Assembly: GCA_951406725.2 (NCBI GenBank)
Contig: OX597818.1
Coordinates: 124,806,001-124,870,000, forward strand
Source of the DNA: Octopus vulgaris
Lineage: Eukaryota
Direction: 5' to 3'
DNA length: 64,000 nt
The position numbers were made by a program, and so were the translations under genes. Of the stretch, positions 38,728 to 51,379 are shown piece by piece. The notes under the pieces were generated by a model. That model was not told the DNA's origin. It was given only the letters and a program-made list of their open reading frames with translations, and did no database searches. Each line of letters opens with the position of its first letter. The stretch's first letter is position 1.

Positions 38728-39115
38728 GGTGCAGGAGTTGCTGTGTGGTAAGTAGCTTGTTTACCAACCACATGGTTCCGGGTTCAGTCCCACTGCGTGG
38801 CACCTTGGGCAAGTGTGTTCTACTATAGCCTGGGGCCGACCAAAGCCTTGTGAGTGGATTTGGTAGACAGAAACTGAAAGAAACCCGTCGTATATATGTA
38901 TATATATATGCATGTGTGTGTTTGTGTGTCTGTGTTTGTCCCCCCCTAGCATTGCTTGACAACCGATGCTGGTGTGTTTATGTTGGCAAAAGAGACCGAT
39001 AGAATAAGTACTGGGCTTACACAAGAATAAGTCCCGGGGTCGAGTTGCTCGATTAAAGGCGGTGCTCCAGCATGGCCGCAGTCAAATGACAAACAAGTAA
39101 AAGAGTAAAAGAGAG
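38728..39115 (+). mobile_element. SINE family A
   Basis: Near-consensus copy in plus orientation. Confidence 0.88.
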
Positions 39116-40237
39116 AATACATAAATTTCTACCAAAGCTGATGATGATGTTGTTTAGCTTCAGAACAAGATTCCCCTAGTTGACCAGACCAATGAGTACC
39201 AGCTTTTAAGCCATGCCTCATCCTGTTTTACATTTTATTTTTTCTTTATGTCAGGCACTGAATATCCTAAATTATCTAATGGGACTTTCCATTTTGAGAT
39301 GGCAGGGAGTAATTGAAGGGATAATTGGTTGCTATTTCTAACAGATTAGTCAATCTTATAGATCAGTGCTGGTTGGCTCTATTGAAAATATTGTTTAACC
39401 CAAGATCAACTTTGATTAACTAAACTTTATCAAAGGTATTCCAACCATTACCATAACCTTTTTAGGGTTAACCAATACTCAAGAAGATACAAGAAATTTC
39501 AAAGGAAAGAGAACCACCTTAATTCAATACCTAATTGCTAATTGTGCTATTTAAGTGGCACCACCATAGATGGTTTATTTTTAAGCAGCACCACATAAAA
39601 AGCACCCAGTACACACTGTAAAGTGGTTGGCATTAGGAAGGACATCCAGCCAAAGAAACCATGCCAAAACAGACAACTGGTGCCAGGGCAGCTCTCCAGC
39701 TCCTGTTGAACCATTCAATCCATGCCAGCATGGAAAGTGGTCATTAAATGATCATGGTGGTGATGATAACACACTCATAACACTCCACCACCACCACCAC
39801 CTTACTAAGCAAATACAATAGTGCACTGCCAAGTGTTAACACTTATTCAGCAAACCACTGGACTAAAGCATGTACCTATGAAAAAAATATAACGCATGTG
39901 GTCACCTATAAAAAGAATAATGAATGGACACTTCAACATGATTACAACATTGTTCCTATCATTGTTATTGTTGTCTTTTAACCAACTCTGATGAAAAATA
40001 GAACAGGACACAAGCCAACTAAAGAGTCTCCACGCAGCTGCTCAACTGATGAGAAATAGCAGCCAACCTGTCCTAGATATAGAAATGAATGAGATGGTCA
40101 CTTTTGATGAGAGGTTCATTCAATCAGGGGGTTACTTAGACCCCAAGCAACAACAAGAACATAAGAGTATCCAACCTTCCAACAATGTTATTGTATGTCC
40201 AGAGAGATAGACGATTGATTCATTGTCCATCTATTAT

Positions 40238-40692
40238 ATATTTCTTTACTACCCACATCGGGCTAAACACAGAGGGGATAAACAAACGGATTAAGTCGAT
40301 TACATCGACCCCAGTGCATAACTGGTACTTAATTTATCAGAGAGCTGGCAGAAACGTTAGCACGTCGGGCAAAATGCTTAGCGGTATTTCGTCTGCCGTT
40401 ACGTTGTGAGTTCAAATTCCGCCGAGGTCGACTTTACCTTTCATCCTTTCGGGGTCGATAAATTAAGTACCAGTTATGCACTGGGGTCGATGTAATCGAC
40501 TTAATACCTATGTCTGTCCTTGTTTGTCCCCTCTATGTTTAGCCCCTTGTGGGTAATAAAGAAATAGGTACTTAATTTATCGACCCCGAAAAGATGAAAG
40601 GCAAAGTCGACCTCGGCAGAATTTGAACCCAGAACGTAACGGCAGACGAAATACGGCTACGCATTTCGCCCAGCGTGCTAACGATTCTGCCA
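40238..40692. mobile_element. SINE family C (+, 40339-40566) inserted into an antisense copy of the same family
   Basis: 15-bp TSD GGTACTTAATTTATC at 40324-40338 and 40567-40581; the flanks rejoin into one minus-strand copy. Confidence 0.88.
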
Positions 40693-41138
40693 AAACAGAG
40701 TGTGATGTTTTACCACCAAACTCTGTAACATCCTGAATGCACAACAAAATTACAATTTGTTAGACTATCAACCTGTGAGTCTTTGTGTTTGTGTTTGCCC
40801 TTTTTTCTTTGACAACCAGTGTTTGTTTACATCCCTGTAATTTAGCAGTTCAGCAAAAGAGATTGTTAGAATTAAGTACCACACTTCAAAATAAGTACTG
40901 GGGTTGATCTGTTTGCCTAAAATCTCTTCAAGGCAGTGCTCCAACATGGCCACAGTCCAATGACTGTAACAAGTAGAATACAAAAGATAAATAAGAACCA
41001 CAGAAGTAATGTAATATAAGCTACAATATCTAAAAATCTGCAAAATTAAAGATTTACTATCTTTCTCAGAACAGTGTTGTTATGAACTTGTATTTCATCT
41101 CTGATACTTAAAAGGTTTTCCCACATCTGATGTCAGAG

Positions 41139-41177
<39 letters not shown>

Positions 41178-41742
41178 GAAGACAAGAGTTAACTAGTCTG
41201 AACATGTTTTCCTATCAGTACTGATAGTTACACATCTCAAATATTAAGGCAGATAATCAAAATAACAAATAATTCATGTCATGTTGAGATACTATACAAT
41301 ACATGGAATTAAATATGAATGGTGTTCTCTCTCTCCCTTTCTTTTACTCACACATATACAGGGGATTTTTTTTTTACATCTTTTTATCTAAAACTCTAAA
41401 AGTGCTCAATATTGTTGTTTAGCCCCCCAGATTAACCTCTAACTAAACAGACATATAGTCAAAGACACTCCAGATATAATCTTGCTTTCTCCAAGACATA
41501 AGTGTATCCATGACCACTTGCCTAGCATAGCCACTGTTCAGTGACTGAAACCAATTAAAAAAATGTATGTGCATGGTTTACATATGTATATATATATATA
41601 TATTTCACTACAAAGCAAATAATTCAGGAGAAAAATATTTGCAAAGATATTATTGACTCTGTTACTATCTAGTGTAACAATTAAAAATGATAACAGAACC
41701 AACAATATAGGTGATTGCAGGCCCAAAAAAGCATTAAATAGC

Positions 41743-42074
41743 TGAAGGATTAAAATTAATCAAAGGACATACTAAGTATGTCTACCTGCTGGAAATAATA
41801 GTCAAAACTCGTATTTAAATCACAAAAAAAAAAAAAAACTGATACTAACTACAGAAATCAACCGTCTGCATGCAAATGGTCAAGACAATCTTTCAACACC
41901 AGTCCAAATATTTGAATGCCTGTTGAAAGATTGTCTTGGCCTGTTTGCATGCAAATGGTTGATTTCTGTAGTTATTATCAGTGCTTTTTTTCGGCAATTT
42001 AATTAAGAGTTTTGACTGTTATTTCCAGCAGGTAGACATATTTAGTGTGTCCTTTAATTAATTTTAATCCTTCA
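41743..42074. repeat. ~330-bp imperfect palindrome (foldback)
   Basis: TGAAGGATTAAAATTAAT... / ...ATTAATTTTAATCCTTCA ends; CAAGACAATCTTTCAACA / TGTTGAAAGATTGTCTTG inner arms; centre CAAAT|ATTTG at 41905-41914. Confidence 0.93.
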
Positions 42075-42665
42075 CTATATATATATATATATATAAAACT
42101 CAACTTGTGTGTCTGTGTGTTTAACTTCCCGGCACATCTCCTCCTAGCCAACAAATCGTAGAACCACCAAAAATGGGTCACTTAAAGTTTAAGCGAATGA
42201 AAATTGAACTGCGCTATTTCTGTTCCGAAATTCATCTCACAAGTGCAAAAATCGATAATGTGTTTGTTTAGGCCTTATCCCATGCATTGAATAGTGAACT
42301 TTACTCAGTCAGCTGTTTGACGTGATCTGTGTTCACCACGCGTGCAAGCATGCATAAATTGCATGAAAAATATAAAAAATCAAGATATAAAAACAAATCG
42401 CCGTAAACATTGTAGAAATTCGGCAAAGAAATGAATTTTCGGGATGTAACCTGGAGGGTTTTTTCGTATTAATCGCTTGGACTTTGTGAACACATACCAA
42501 TTGTTTTCATAACATTTTTAATGCTTTGAATTAAATGTGACCATTTTGTGTTGAGTCTGCAGTTTGAATCACTTTAACCAAATTTTAGCAGGATGGATTT
42601 TTGATCATCACGATACATCGCCAGCGACTCCCTGAAATTCTCGTTGAGCCAGGCAATACTGCTAG
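42075..42665 (+). mobile_element. Non-autonomous Helitron-like element
   Basis: 5' CTATATATA..TAAAA start and 3' end GGCAATACTGCTAG, resembling the terminus of the 12502 and 13705 Helitrons. Confidence 0.55.
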
Positions 42666-42666
42666 C

Positions 42667-42700
<34 letters not shown>

Positions 42701-42926
42701 ATATGTATGTATGTATGTATGTGGTAATAAGTAAGTATGATCCAGGATCCAAATGTAGAATGTTAGCAAGCTTTGAGCAGGTATGCAGCTAGCATAAATG
42801 ACAAAAGGCAGAAAATTTACAACAAAATGAGTTTATCATCATTGTAAGTTATACATTTCATCCCATAATGAAATCAAAGAAAATTTTGATAAGCTGAGTC
42901 ACCATGCAACTCAGTTTAGCAACAAA

Positions 42927-42958
<32 letters not shown>

Positions 42959-43247
42959 GATATAAATACATATAGAGATAAGACATTGAGAGAGAGAGAG
43001 AGAGAGAGAAATGAATTTTCGGGATGTCAACCTGGAGGGTTTTTTCGTATTAATCGCTTGGACTTTGTGAACACATACCAATTGTTTTCATAACATTTTT
43101 TTAATGCTTTGAATTAAATGTGACCATTTTGTGTTGAGTCTGCAGTTTGAATCACTTTAACCAAATTTTAGCAGGATGGATTTTTGATACATCACGATAC
43201 ATCGCCAGCGACTCCCTGAAATTCTCGTATGAGCCAGGCAATACTGC

Positions 43248-43280
<33 letters not shown>

Positions 43281-43519
43281 ATATATATGTATGTATGTAT
43301 GTGGTAATAAGTAAGTATGATCCAGGATCCAAATGTAGAATGTTAGCATTGTTTTAGCTTTGAGCAGGTATGCAGCTAGCATAAATGACAGAAAAGGCAG
43401 AAAATTTACAACAAAATGAGTTTATCATCATTGTAAGTTATACATTTCATCCCATAATGAAATCAAAGAAAATTTTGATAAGCTGAGTCACCATGCAAAC
43501 TCAGTTTAGCAACAAAAGT
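42427..43519 (+). repeat. Direct duplication of ~500 bp (42427-42929 vs 43007-43519)
   Basis: Near-identical; differences are almost all small indels. Confidence 0.92.
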
Positions 43520-43902
43520 CCATATATATATATATATATAGAGTGGTTGTATATCAATAACGGGACAATACATCAACACACACAACAGAGACTATTATAT
43601 ATGATCATCTCTAAAAATAATGAATTTGTAGAGGAGTGAGTAGAAATGGGTTATTCCAACAGGTTCAATGAACAGGAACCACACAGATGTATTTGGACGT
43701 AAAACTAATAAAATGGAAAAACTTTCTCCCCACTCTCACCTACATACACACACGTGTGCACACGCATGCATAGACAGATAGAGAGAAGTAAGAAGAGGAA
43801 ATAGAAAAAGAGAGAGAGAACAGATATACAGCTCTTCATTTATGCATGTCTGCTTAGATCTACAATTTAATATTTCTGATATATATATATATATATATAT
43901 AT

Positions 43903-44303
43903 AGGCGCAGGAGTGGCTGTGTGGTAAGTAGCTTGCTAACCAGCCACATGGTCCCGGGTTCAGTCCCACTGCGTGGCACCTTGGGTAAGTGTCTTCTGCT
44001 ATAGCCCCGGGCCGACCGATGCCTTGTGAGTGGATTTGGTAGACGGAAACTGAAAGAAGCCTGTCGTATATATGTATATATATATATATGTGTGTGTGTG
44101 TTTGTGTGTCTGTGTTTGTCCCCCTAGCATTGCTTGACAACCGATGCTGGTGTGCTTATGTCCCCGTCACTTAGCGGTTCGGCAAAAAGAGACCGATAGA
44201 ATAAGTAGTGGGCTTACAAAGAATAAGTCCCAGGGTCGATTAAAGGCGGTGCTCCAGCATGGCCACAGTCAAATGACTGAAACAAGTAAAAGAGTAAAAG
44301 AGT
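43903..44303 (+). mobile_element. SINE family A, full length
   Basis: Near-consensus copy. Confidence 0.88.
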
Positions 44304-44379
44304 ATAAGAGCAGTGAAGTGGCAGAAATGGTGAAGCAACAGACAAAAATGCAAATGCATTATCTCTCTTTATCCTGTTT

Positions 44380-44670
44380 ACCATTCTTGTTTATTATTTC
44401 TATTTTTTGTTCCTTGTATTTATATTCGTGTGGCATCCTGTCTTTGTTTCGTATACATTCGATCCTCTTGCCAAGAAATCTAATGCCTGTGGCTTAGTTT
44501 TTCCTTGGGACTGGCCGGTTTGGAGCGATATCGAGATTAAACAGCCAAAATTGCTAAGATGATCCGGTTCCGACTGAAGATTAGAGGCTTCGAGTGACCC
44601 ATCTGTTTTTTTTTGTGTCGTCTCTTTGTGTGTTTTTGCGTTCTTGTCCCACTTTGTAATTTATATTTTA
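44380..44670. repeat. Unclassified dispersed repeat; second copy at ~56120-56450
   Basis: Both copies share AATCTAATGC...CCTTGGG.CTGGCC...GATGATCCGGTTC...GACTGAAGATT...GGCTTCGA...GCGTTCTTGTCCCA. Confidence 0.7.
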
Positions 44671-44682
44671 TATTTAATTTCT

Positions 44683-44718
<36 letters not shown>

Positions 44719-45049
44719 ATCAACACACACATGGACAGGAACTATTATATATGATCATCTCTAAAAATAATGAATTTGTAGAGGAGTGAGTAGAAATGGG
44801 TTATTCCAACAGGTTCAATGAACAGGAACCACACAGATGTATTTGGACGTAAAACTAATAAAATGGAAAAACTTTCTCCCCACTCTCACCTACATACACA
44901 CACGTGTGCACACGCATGCATAGACAGATAGAGAGAAGTAAGAAGAGGAAATAGAAAAGAGAGAGAGCAGATATAGTTTAATGTCTGCTTAGATCTATAT
45001 TGGAAAGCTTTTAACTAATTTTATATTATTAAATGCCACATAAGACATG

Positions 45050-45454
45050 TATGTGTGTGTGTTTGTGTGTCTGTGTTTGTCCCCCTAGCATTGCTTGACA
45101 ACCGATGCTGGTGTGTTTACGTCCCCATCACTTAGCGGTGCGGCAAAAGAGACCGATAGAATAAGTACTGGGCTTACAAAGAATAATCCCGGGGTCGAGT
45201 TGCTCGACTAAAGGCGGTGCTCCAACATGGCCGCAGTCAAATGACTGAAACAAGTAAAAGAGTAAAAAGAGTAAAAGAGTATACATATATACGACAGGCT
45301 TCTTTCAGTTTCCATCTACCAAATCCACTCACAAGGCCTTGGTTGGCCCGAGGCTATAGCAGAAGACACTTGCCCAAGATGCCACGCAGTGGGACTGAAC
45401 CCGGAACCATGTGGTTGGTTAGCAAGCTACTTACCACACAGCCACTCCTGCGCC
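45050..45454. mobile_element. SINE family A 3' half (+, 45050-45282) abutting a family A head (-, 45290-45454)
   Basis: Sequence identity to the other copies, in opposite orientations. Confidence 0.85.
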
Positions 45455-46106
45455 TAGTTACATCTCTTTACATTCTGAGTTCAAACCTAATCAGAGAAGA
45501 ATCTACCTATCATCCTTTTTCAATGCAGGAGAGTGGGGCATAAAATAAAAAGCAATCAATTTAATCGGTTGTTCCACCCATTAAAATGAATATTATTAAA
45601 TTTCACATAGTCAGAATGGTACAGAAAAGGGATGGATCTACTCAGCTAAAAGACAAAGTGGAATGGGAGTTTTAGACATCAGAAGCCATCATCAGATTGA
45701 AATTAGGGAGTGGACTGTTGTGCTAACAGATTAGCTACAGCTGAATGAACAATAGGGAACTTCAAGTAATAGAGTCAGCATATATATTATCATCATTATT
45801 TGAGTTCAAATTCCGCGGAGGTCAACTTTGCCTTTCATCCTTTCGGGGTCGATAAATAAAGTACCAGTTTCCCACTGGGGTCGATGTAATCGACTTAATC
45901 CCTTTGTCTGTCCTTGTTTGTCCCCTCTATGTTTAGCCCCTTGTGGGCAGTAAAGAAATACATTATTTAACATCTATGTTCCATACAGGCATGGGTTGAA
46001 CAGTATAGCCTCAAGTGTGGCTGCATGGTTAAGAAGCTTGCTTCCACAACCATGTGGTCTTTAATTCAACCCCACTGAGCAGTACCTTGAAGAAACATCT
46101 ACTATA

Positions 46107-46338
46107 CCTATTTCTTTACTACCCACAAGGGGCTAAACACAGAGAGGACAAACAAGGACAGACAAATGGGTTAAGTCGATAATTCGACCCCAGTGCGTAA
46201 CTGGTACTTATTTAATCGACCCCGAAAGGATGAATGGCAAAGTCGACCTCGGCGGAATTTGAACTCAGAACGTAGCGGCAGACGAAATACCGCTCAGCAT
46301 TTCGCCCAGCGTGCTACCGATTCTGCCAGCTCACCGCT
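46107..46338 (-). mobile_element. SINE family C inserted in a degenerate family A copy (46015-46445)
   Basis: Host element is interrupted after CTACTATACC, which recurs at ~46369. Confidence 0.8.
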
Positions 46339-46926
46339 TATATATTTATCTTACCATTCTACTGTATTCTACTATACCTCTGAGTCAATCAAAGCCTTGT
46401 GATTGGATTTAATAGATGGAAACTGAAAGAAGCCCATCGTATGTGTGTGCATGTGTGTATGTACGATTGTCTGGACATCACATGATGGATGTGAGTGAGC
46501 ATCACTAACATGCGGGCAATGTTGTTTGTTCCTTAAGGTGGTGAGCTGACAGAATTGTTAGCACACCAGGCAAAATGCTTAACAGTATTTCATCTGTCTT
46601 TATGTACCGAGTTCAAATTCCATGAAGGTCAACTTTGCCTTTCATCTTTTCAGGGTTGATAAAATAAGTACCAGTTAAACAGTGGGGTCAATGTAATCAA
46701 CTCCCTCCCTCAAGTATTGTTGGCCTTGTGCCAAAATTTGAAATCAATATTGTTTGTTTTTTGTCTTCCCTGAAAATACATGACTGACCATAGGGGTCTT
46801 GTCTGAAAACAGGTGTAGGTTAGCAACAGGAAGGGCATCCAGATGGAAAAAACCTGCCTCAACTTATTGTCATCTAGCCCATGCAAGCATGGAAAAGTGG
46901 ACATTAAAACAATGATAATGAAGATG

Positions 46927-46971
<45 letters not shown>

Positions 46972-47408
46972 TTAAGTGGCAAGTGAAAATCAAAATCGAT
47001 CAACATCAATGGAATTTGTAGTTGTGATACCAGTGCCGGTGGCACGTAAGAGAACCATCCGAATATGGCTGTAGCCAGCGCCGCATCGCCTGGCTTCCGT
47101 GCCGGTGGCACATAACAAATACCAACCGATCGTGGCCATTGCCAGCCTCACCTGGCCTCCGTGCTGGTGGCACGTAAAAAGCACCATCCGAGCGTGGCCA
47201 TTCGCCAGCCTCGTCTGGCACCTGTGTTGGTGGCATGTAAAAAGCACCCACTACACTCACGGAGTGGTTGGTGTTAGGAAGGGCATCCAGCTGTAGAAAC
47301 ACTGCCAGATCAGACTGGGCCTGGTGCAGCCTTCAGGCTTCCCAGACCCAAGTTGAACCGTCCAACCCATGCTAGCATGGAAAGCGGACGTTATATGATG
47401 ATGATGAT
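46972..47408 (+). mobile_element. RTE-LINE 3' UTR (4 modules)
   Basis: Cores near 47036, 47101, 47161 and 47225; terminal stem-loop; (GAT)n tail. Confidence 0.85.
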
Positions 47409-47409
47409 A

Positions 47410-47750
47410 CTAGCTGACATACCCAGCAATTGCTGGGAAAGCAAGGCTTCTCCCTTGGTTCCGTTCTCATAATTGTTTCACTAATCCAATAACGACAATA
47501 CAAAGTATGTAGCCGTTAAAACGGTTTTTGTTCATTTACAGAGAATACTGAACTGTCTTACACAAGATCTTGTGTTGTGAAGTCAGTTATGTAATAACAT
47601 GAAATTAGTAACACGATAGTAAGAATTCAAATAAAGTAGCCCTGAAAAGGGCTTTAATGCATTCCTAGTGTATATAGAAATTAGGAGTAAATACTAATAA
47701 GGTATGTATACTAAAATCATGAAGCATGTTACGTAATAACAAACTAATCA
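47410..47750 (-). mobile_element. Helitron-like 3' terminus (5' boundary uncertain)
   Basis: Minus strand ends with palindrome CCCAGCAATTGCTGGG plus TATGTCAGCTAG|T. Confidence 0.5.
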
Positions 47751-47851
47751 GATATGGGATTTAGTTGCTATTTCTAGCAATCTGAGGAATAACAAAGAAG
47801 GTTTCTCATTGGTAATTGTGTTGGACAAAGTGATACATACATATGTCAGCG

Positions 47852-47876
<25 letters not shown>

Positions 47877-47882
<6 letters not shown>

Positions 47883-48117
47883 CACCAACTGATCGTGGCC
47901 GATGCCAGACCCCTCTGGCACCTGTGCAGGTGGCACGTAAAAAGCACCCACTACACTCGCGGAGTGGTTGGCGTTAGGAAGGGCATCCAGCTGTAGAAAC
48001 ACTGCCAGATCAGACTGGAGCCTGGGGCAGCCCCTGGCTCCCCAGACCCCGGTCAAACCGTCCAACCCGTGCTAGCGCGGAAAACGGACGTTAAACGATG
48101 ATGATGATGATGATGAT
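47877..48117 (+). mobile_element. RTE-LINE 3' UTR fragment
   Basis: Core motifs, CCGTGCTAGCGCGG stem variant, (GAT)n tail. Confidence 0.82.
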
Positions 48118-48130
48118 ATATATATATATA

Positions 48131-48540
48131 GGCGCAGGAGTGGCTGTGTGATAAGTAGCTTGCTTACCAACCACATGGTTCCGGGTTCAGTCCCACTGCG
48201 TGGCACCTTGGGCAAGTGTCTTCTACTATAACCTCAGGCTGACCAATGCCTTGTGAGTGGATTTGGTAGACGGAAACTGAAAGAAGCCCGTCATATATAT
48301 GTATATATATATATATGCGTGTGTGTGTTTGTGTGTCTGTGTTTGTCCCCCTAGCATTGCTTGACAACCGATGCTGGTGTGTTTATGTCCCCGTCACTTC
48401 GCGGATCGGCAAAAGAGACCGATAGAATAAGTACTAGGCTGACAAAGAATAAGTCCCGGGGTCGATTTGCTCGACCAAAGGTGGTGCTCCAGCATGGCCG
48501 CAGTCAAATGACTGAAACAAGTAAAAGAAAGTAAAAGAAA
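48131..48540 (+). mobile_element. SINE family A, full length
   Basis: Near-consensus copy. Confidence 0.88.
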
Positions 48541-48971
48541 TATATATATATATATACACACACACACATTCTGTAATGTGGTTGGTGTTAGGAAGGGTAT
48601 CCAGCTGTAAAAACCCTGCTAAAACAGACTGGTGTCTAGCCAGCTCATGTCAAACCATCCAATCCATACCAGCATGGAAAACAGGTATTGATGATGATGA
48701 TGATGATGTATGAATTAAATGTAAACACAGAGACACACGAAGCAATAAAACATGAGAAAAAGGAATCTGATTCTTGCTTTTTATATTATTATTATTATTA
48801 TTATCATTATTTTACTATTCTGTATTTTCTGTTTTTGCTTTTTGTCTGTGAACACTTTTACATTTAATATATACAAATATATTCTTTGAACAACTTTAGC
48901 TTATTAATAAATCATATATATCATTTATGAGCATCTGGGCATCTATGTGGATGCATGTGAGTGTGTGTTTA

Positions 48972-49010
<39 letters not shown>

Positions 49011-51379
49011 CATATACAAATACTAGATTGTATAAGACAGTGTGCAATGTTGACACAAATATTCTAACAAAGATGTCAATATTCTCTCAATGGAGTTCCC
49101 CAAAGTACCAATGAACTTGCACTAATTATGCGCATATTAACAACACAATTACTTCTTAACACTGAAGCATATGCACACACAGACATATACATGTGTGTGT
49201 GTGTGTGTGTGTTAATAAATCTATCACAAGAAAAAGCACAAAGGACTTATGGAATGATTCAGTCTTTGGTGCTGATGGAATATTCACACCAGCTGATCTA
49301 TATGATCAAGATGATAATGGAAGAGAGAAAATGAAGGAAGATATATATATATATATATATATATCTATATATATACACATACACATAAACATATATATGA
49401 AACAGAAGTTTTTTTTTTTTTTCCCTCCTTTTTTTAAATAGCATAACGGAAGCTTGGTAAAATAAGGAATGGAAAATAAAGATATCTTTGTCTCTGTTTT
49501 CTTTTTCTTTTCTCGAGTGTTTTCTTCTTTTTTTTCTCTGTTTTTTTTTTAATGGTAAGATAAAACAAAGAGACAAAAAGATGACAAATACCATTAAATA
49601 AGATCTGTGAACACTGAAGTAACTTTAAAATAAGTCTCGTTATTAACTTAAGTTATTGATCAGGTCTTATTCGGTGGAGAAAAGCGAGACTTAATTTATG
49701 CATGAATAACAAAAATTCATAGTAGAGACAAGACATTCATTATCGTCATAATCCTCATAACTTTTAGTAAAATAGTCATTCAACCGCTGCCATCGCGTAA
49801 TCAATAAAAAAATAAATTATAAATCTTTTTGATTGGCAAACTCATCTAAGATGAACCAGCAATTTCATGATACAAAACCTTTCATTCTAAAATTATATTG
49901 AAATTTCACTCTTCATGGTTATACACAAAATTCTTTTATGTTCTGAACTCCCCCCCCCCCAGATTAATAATGGGAAAGTTAGTTATTTACCCAAACCCTT
50001 CCAAAATTCTTGATCATCTTCAAAATAAACGAAACAAAGAAATGACTTTTTTTTTTTTTTAGTATTATGGTCATGAAAAGGTTTCCAAGCAATATTATGT
50101 ATTTTTTTTTTCTTCTTCTGAAGCAGAAAAACTACTTAAGGACATCTTGAGGTCTACCACTACTACTACTACTACTACCAATACCACTGCTCATTTGTTT
50201 TTGTTTTATGTCTGTTTTTCATGATAGCATGGGTTGGTCAAAAATACATTTTACAACAGGATGTCCTTCCTGTCACTAACCCTTACCTGTTACCTAATCT
50301 TCTGTCTTTTACTTCAGTTATTAGACTGCAACCATGCTGAGGAAACCCCTTGAACAATTTGTTTTAGTCGAATGAATTGACCCCAATACACATTTTCTTC
50401 TAAGCCTGGTAATTATTCTATCGGTCTCTTTTGCCATACTGCTAAGTTACAGGCATGTAAACACACCATAATTGGTTGTCAAGTAGTGGTGGAGGATAAA
50501 CACAGATACAAAGACACACATGTAGATAGATAAATGCAATGGGCTTCTTTTAGTTTCCATCTACCAAATCCACTCAAGGCTTTGGTTGGCAGAAGGCTAT
50601 AGTAGAAAATACTTGCCCAAGGTGCCACCCCGTGGGACTGAATCTGGAAGCATGTGGTCGGGAATCAAGCTTCTTACCACAAAGCCATACCTGTGCCTAG
50701 TAAAGAATGTTTCTTTTATTCCACTTGCCCTGAAAAATGCAGAGCTAGGGGCCAGTTTTTTGACAGGAAATTTCAACTGATTTCACCTCTGTTTTGTCTT
50801 TTTTTAAGGTCTGTGCTGTCATAAGAGATGGAAAGAAAATATTCACACACACTTTCATTCACAAACACATACAATAAGTTTCCATGTACATTCTATCTGC
50901 CAACATTCTATCTGTTGAAACTATAATAGAAGACACTTGTCCAGGTCCCTCTACTGTCATCTATCTACAACATAAAACCTAACACCACAAACTACTCCCT
51001 TAACCCATTAGCATTTAATCCAGCCATTTCAATGACAAGGTTTGGGGTTTTAATCAAACTTCTTATACAACCTTGCCAGGGCCCAGACATTCTATTATTC
51101 AACCCTTTAGTATTCAGATTATTCTGTCATATTTATTTTGTTTTAAATTAACCATGCATTATCTTGTAGTTTAGAGATTTCAATGATGTGATTGTTTAAT
51201 TGAATGATGCGAGTGTTTAATTATAAAACAATGTGAATAAATAAGCATTACATTTGACAGAGTAATCTGAATTTTAATGGGTTAAACCTCTAGCATTTAA
51301 ACCAGCCATATCTGGCCAAAATATTCTACTTGATTTATGTTCAAACTGGCCAGATCTGGCCTCTCATACTGACCCGAAA

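Larger units (their letters stand above)
43571..44998 (+). repeat. Direct duplication of ~290 bp (43571-43862 vs 44718-44998)
   Basis: ACTATTATATATGATCATCTC...GCTTAGATCTA occurs twice, essentially identical in the middle. Confidence 0.9.

Noticed and set aside
49215-49345. Protein-like stretch KDLWNDSVFGADGIFTPADLYDQDD
   Set aside because: Short, bounded by microsatellites, no splice signals and no recognisable family.
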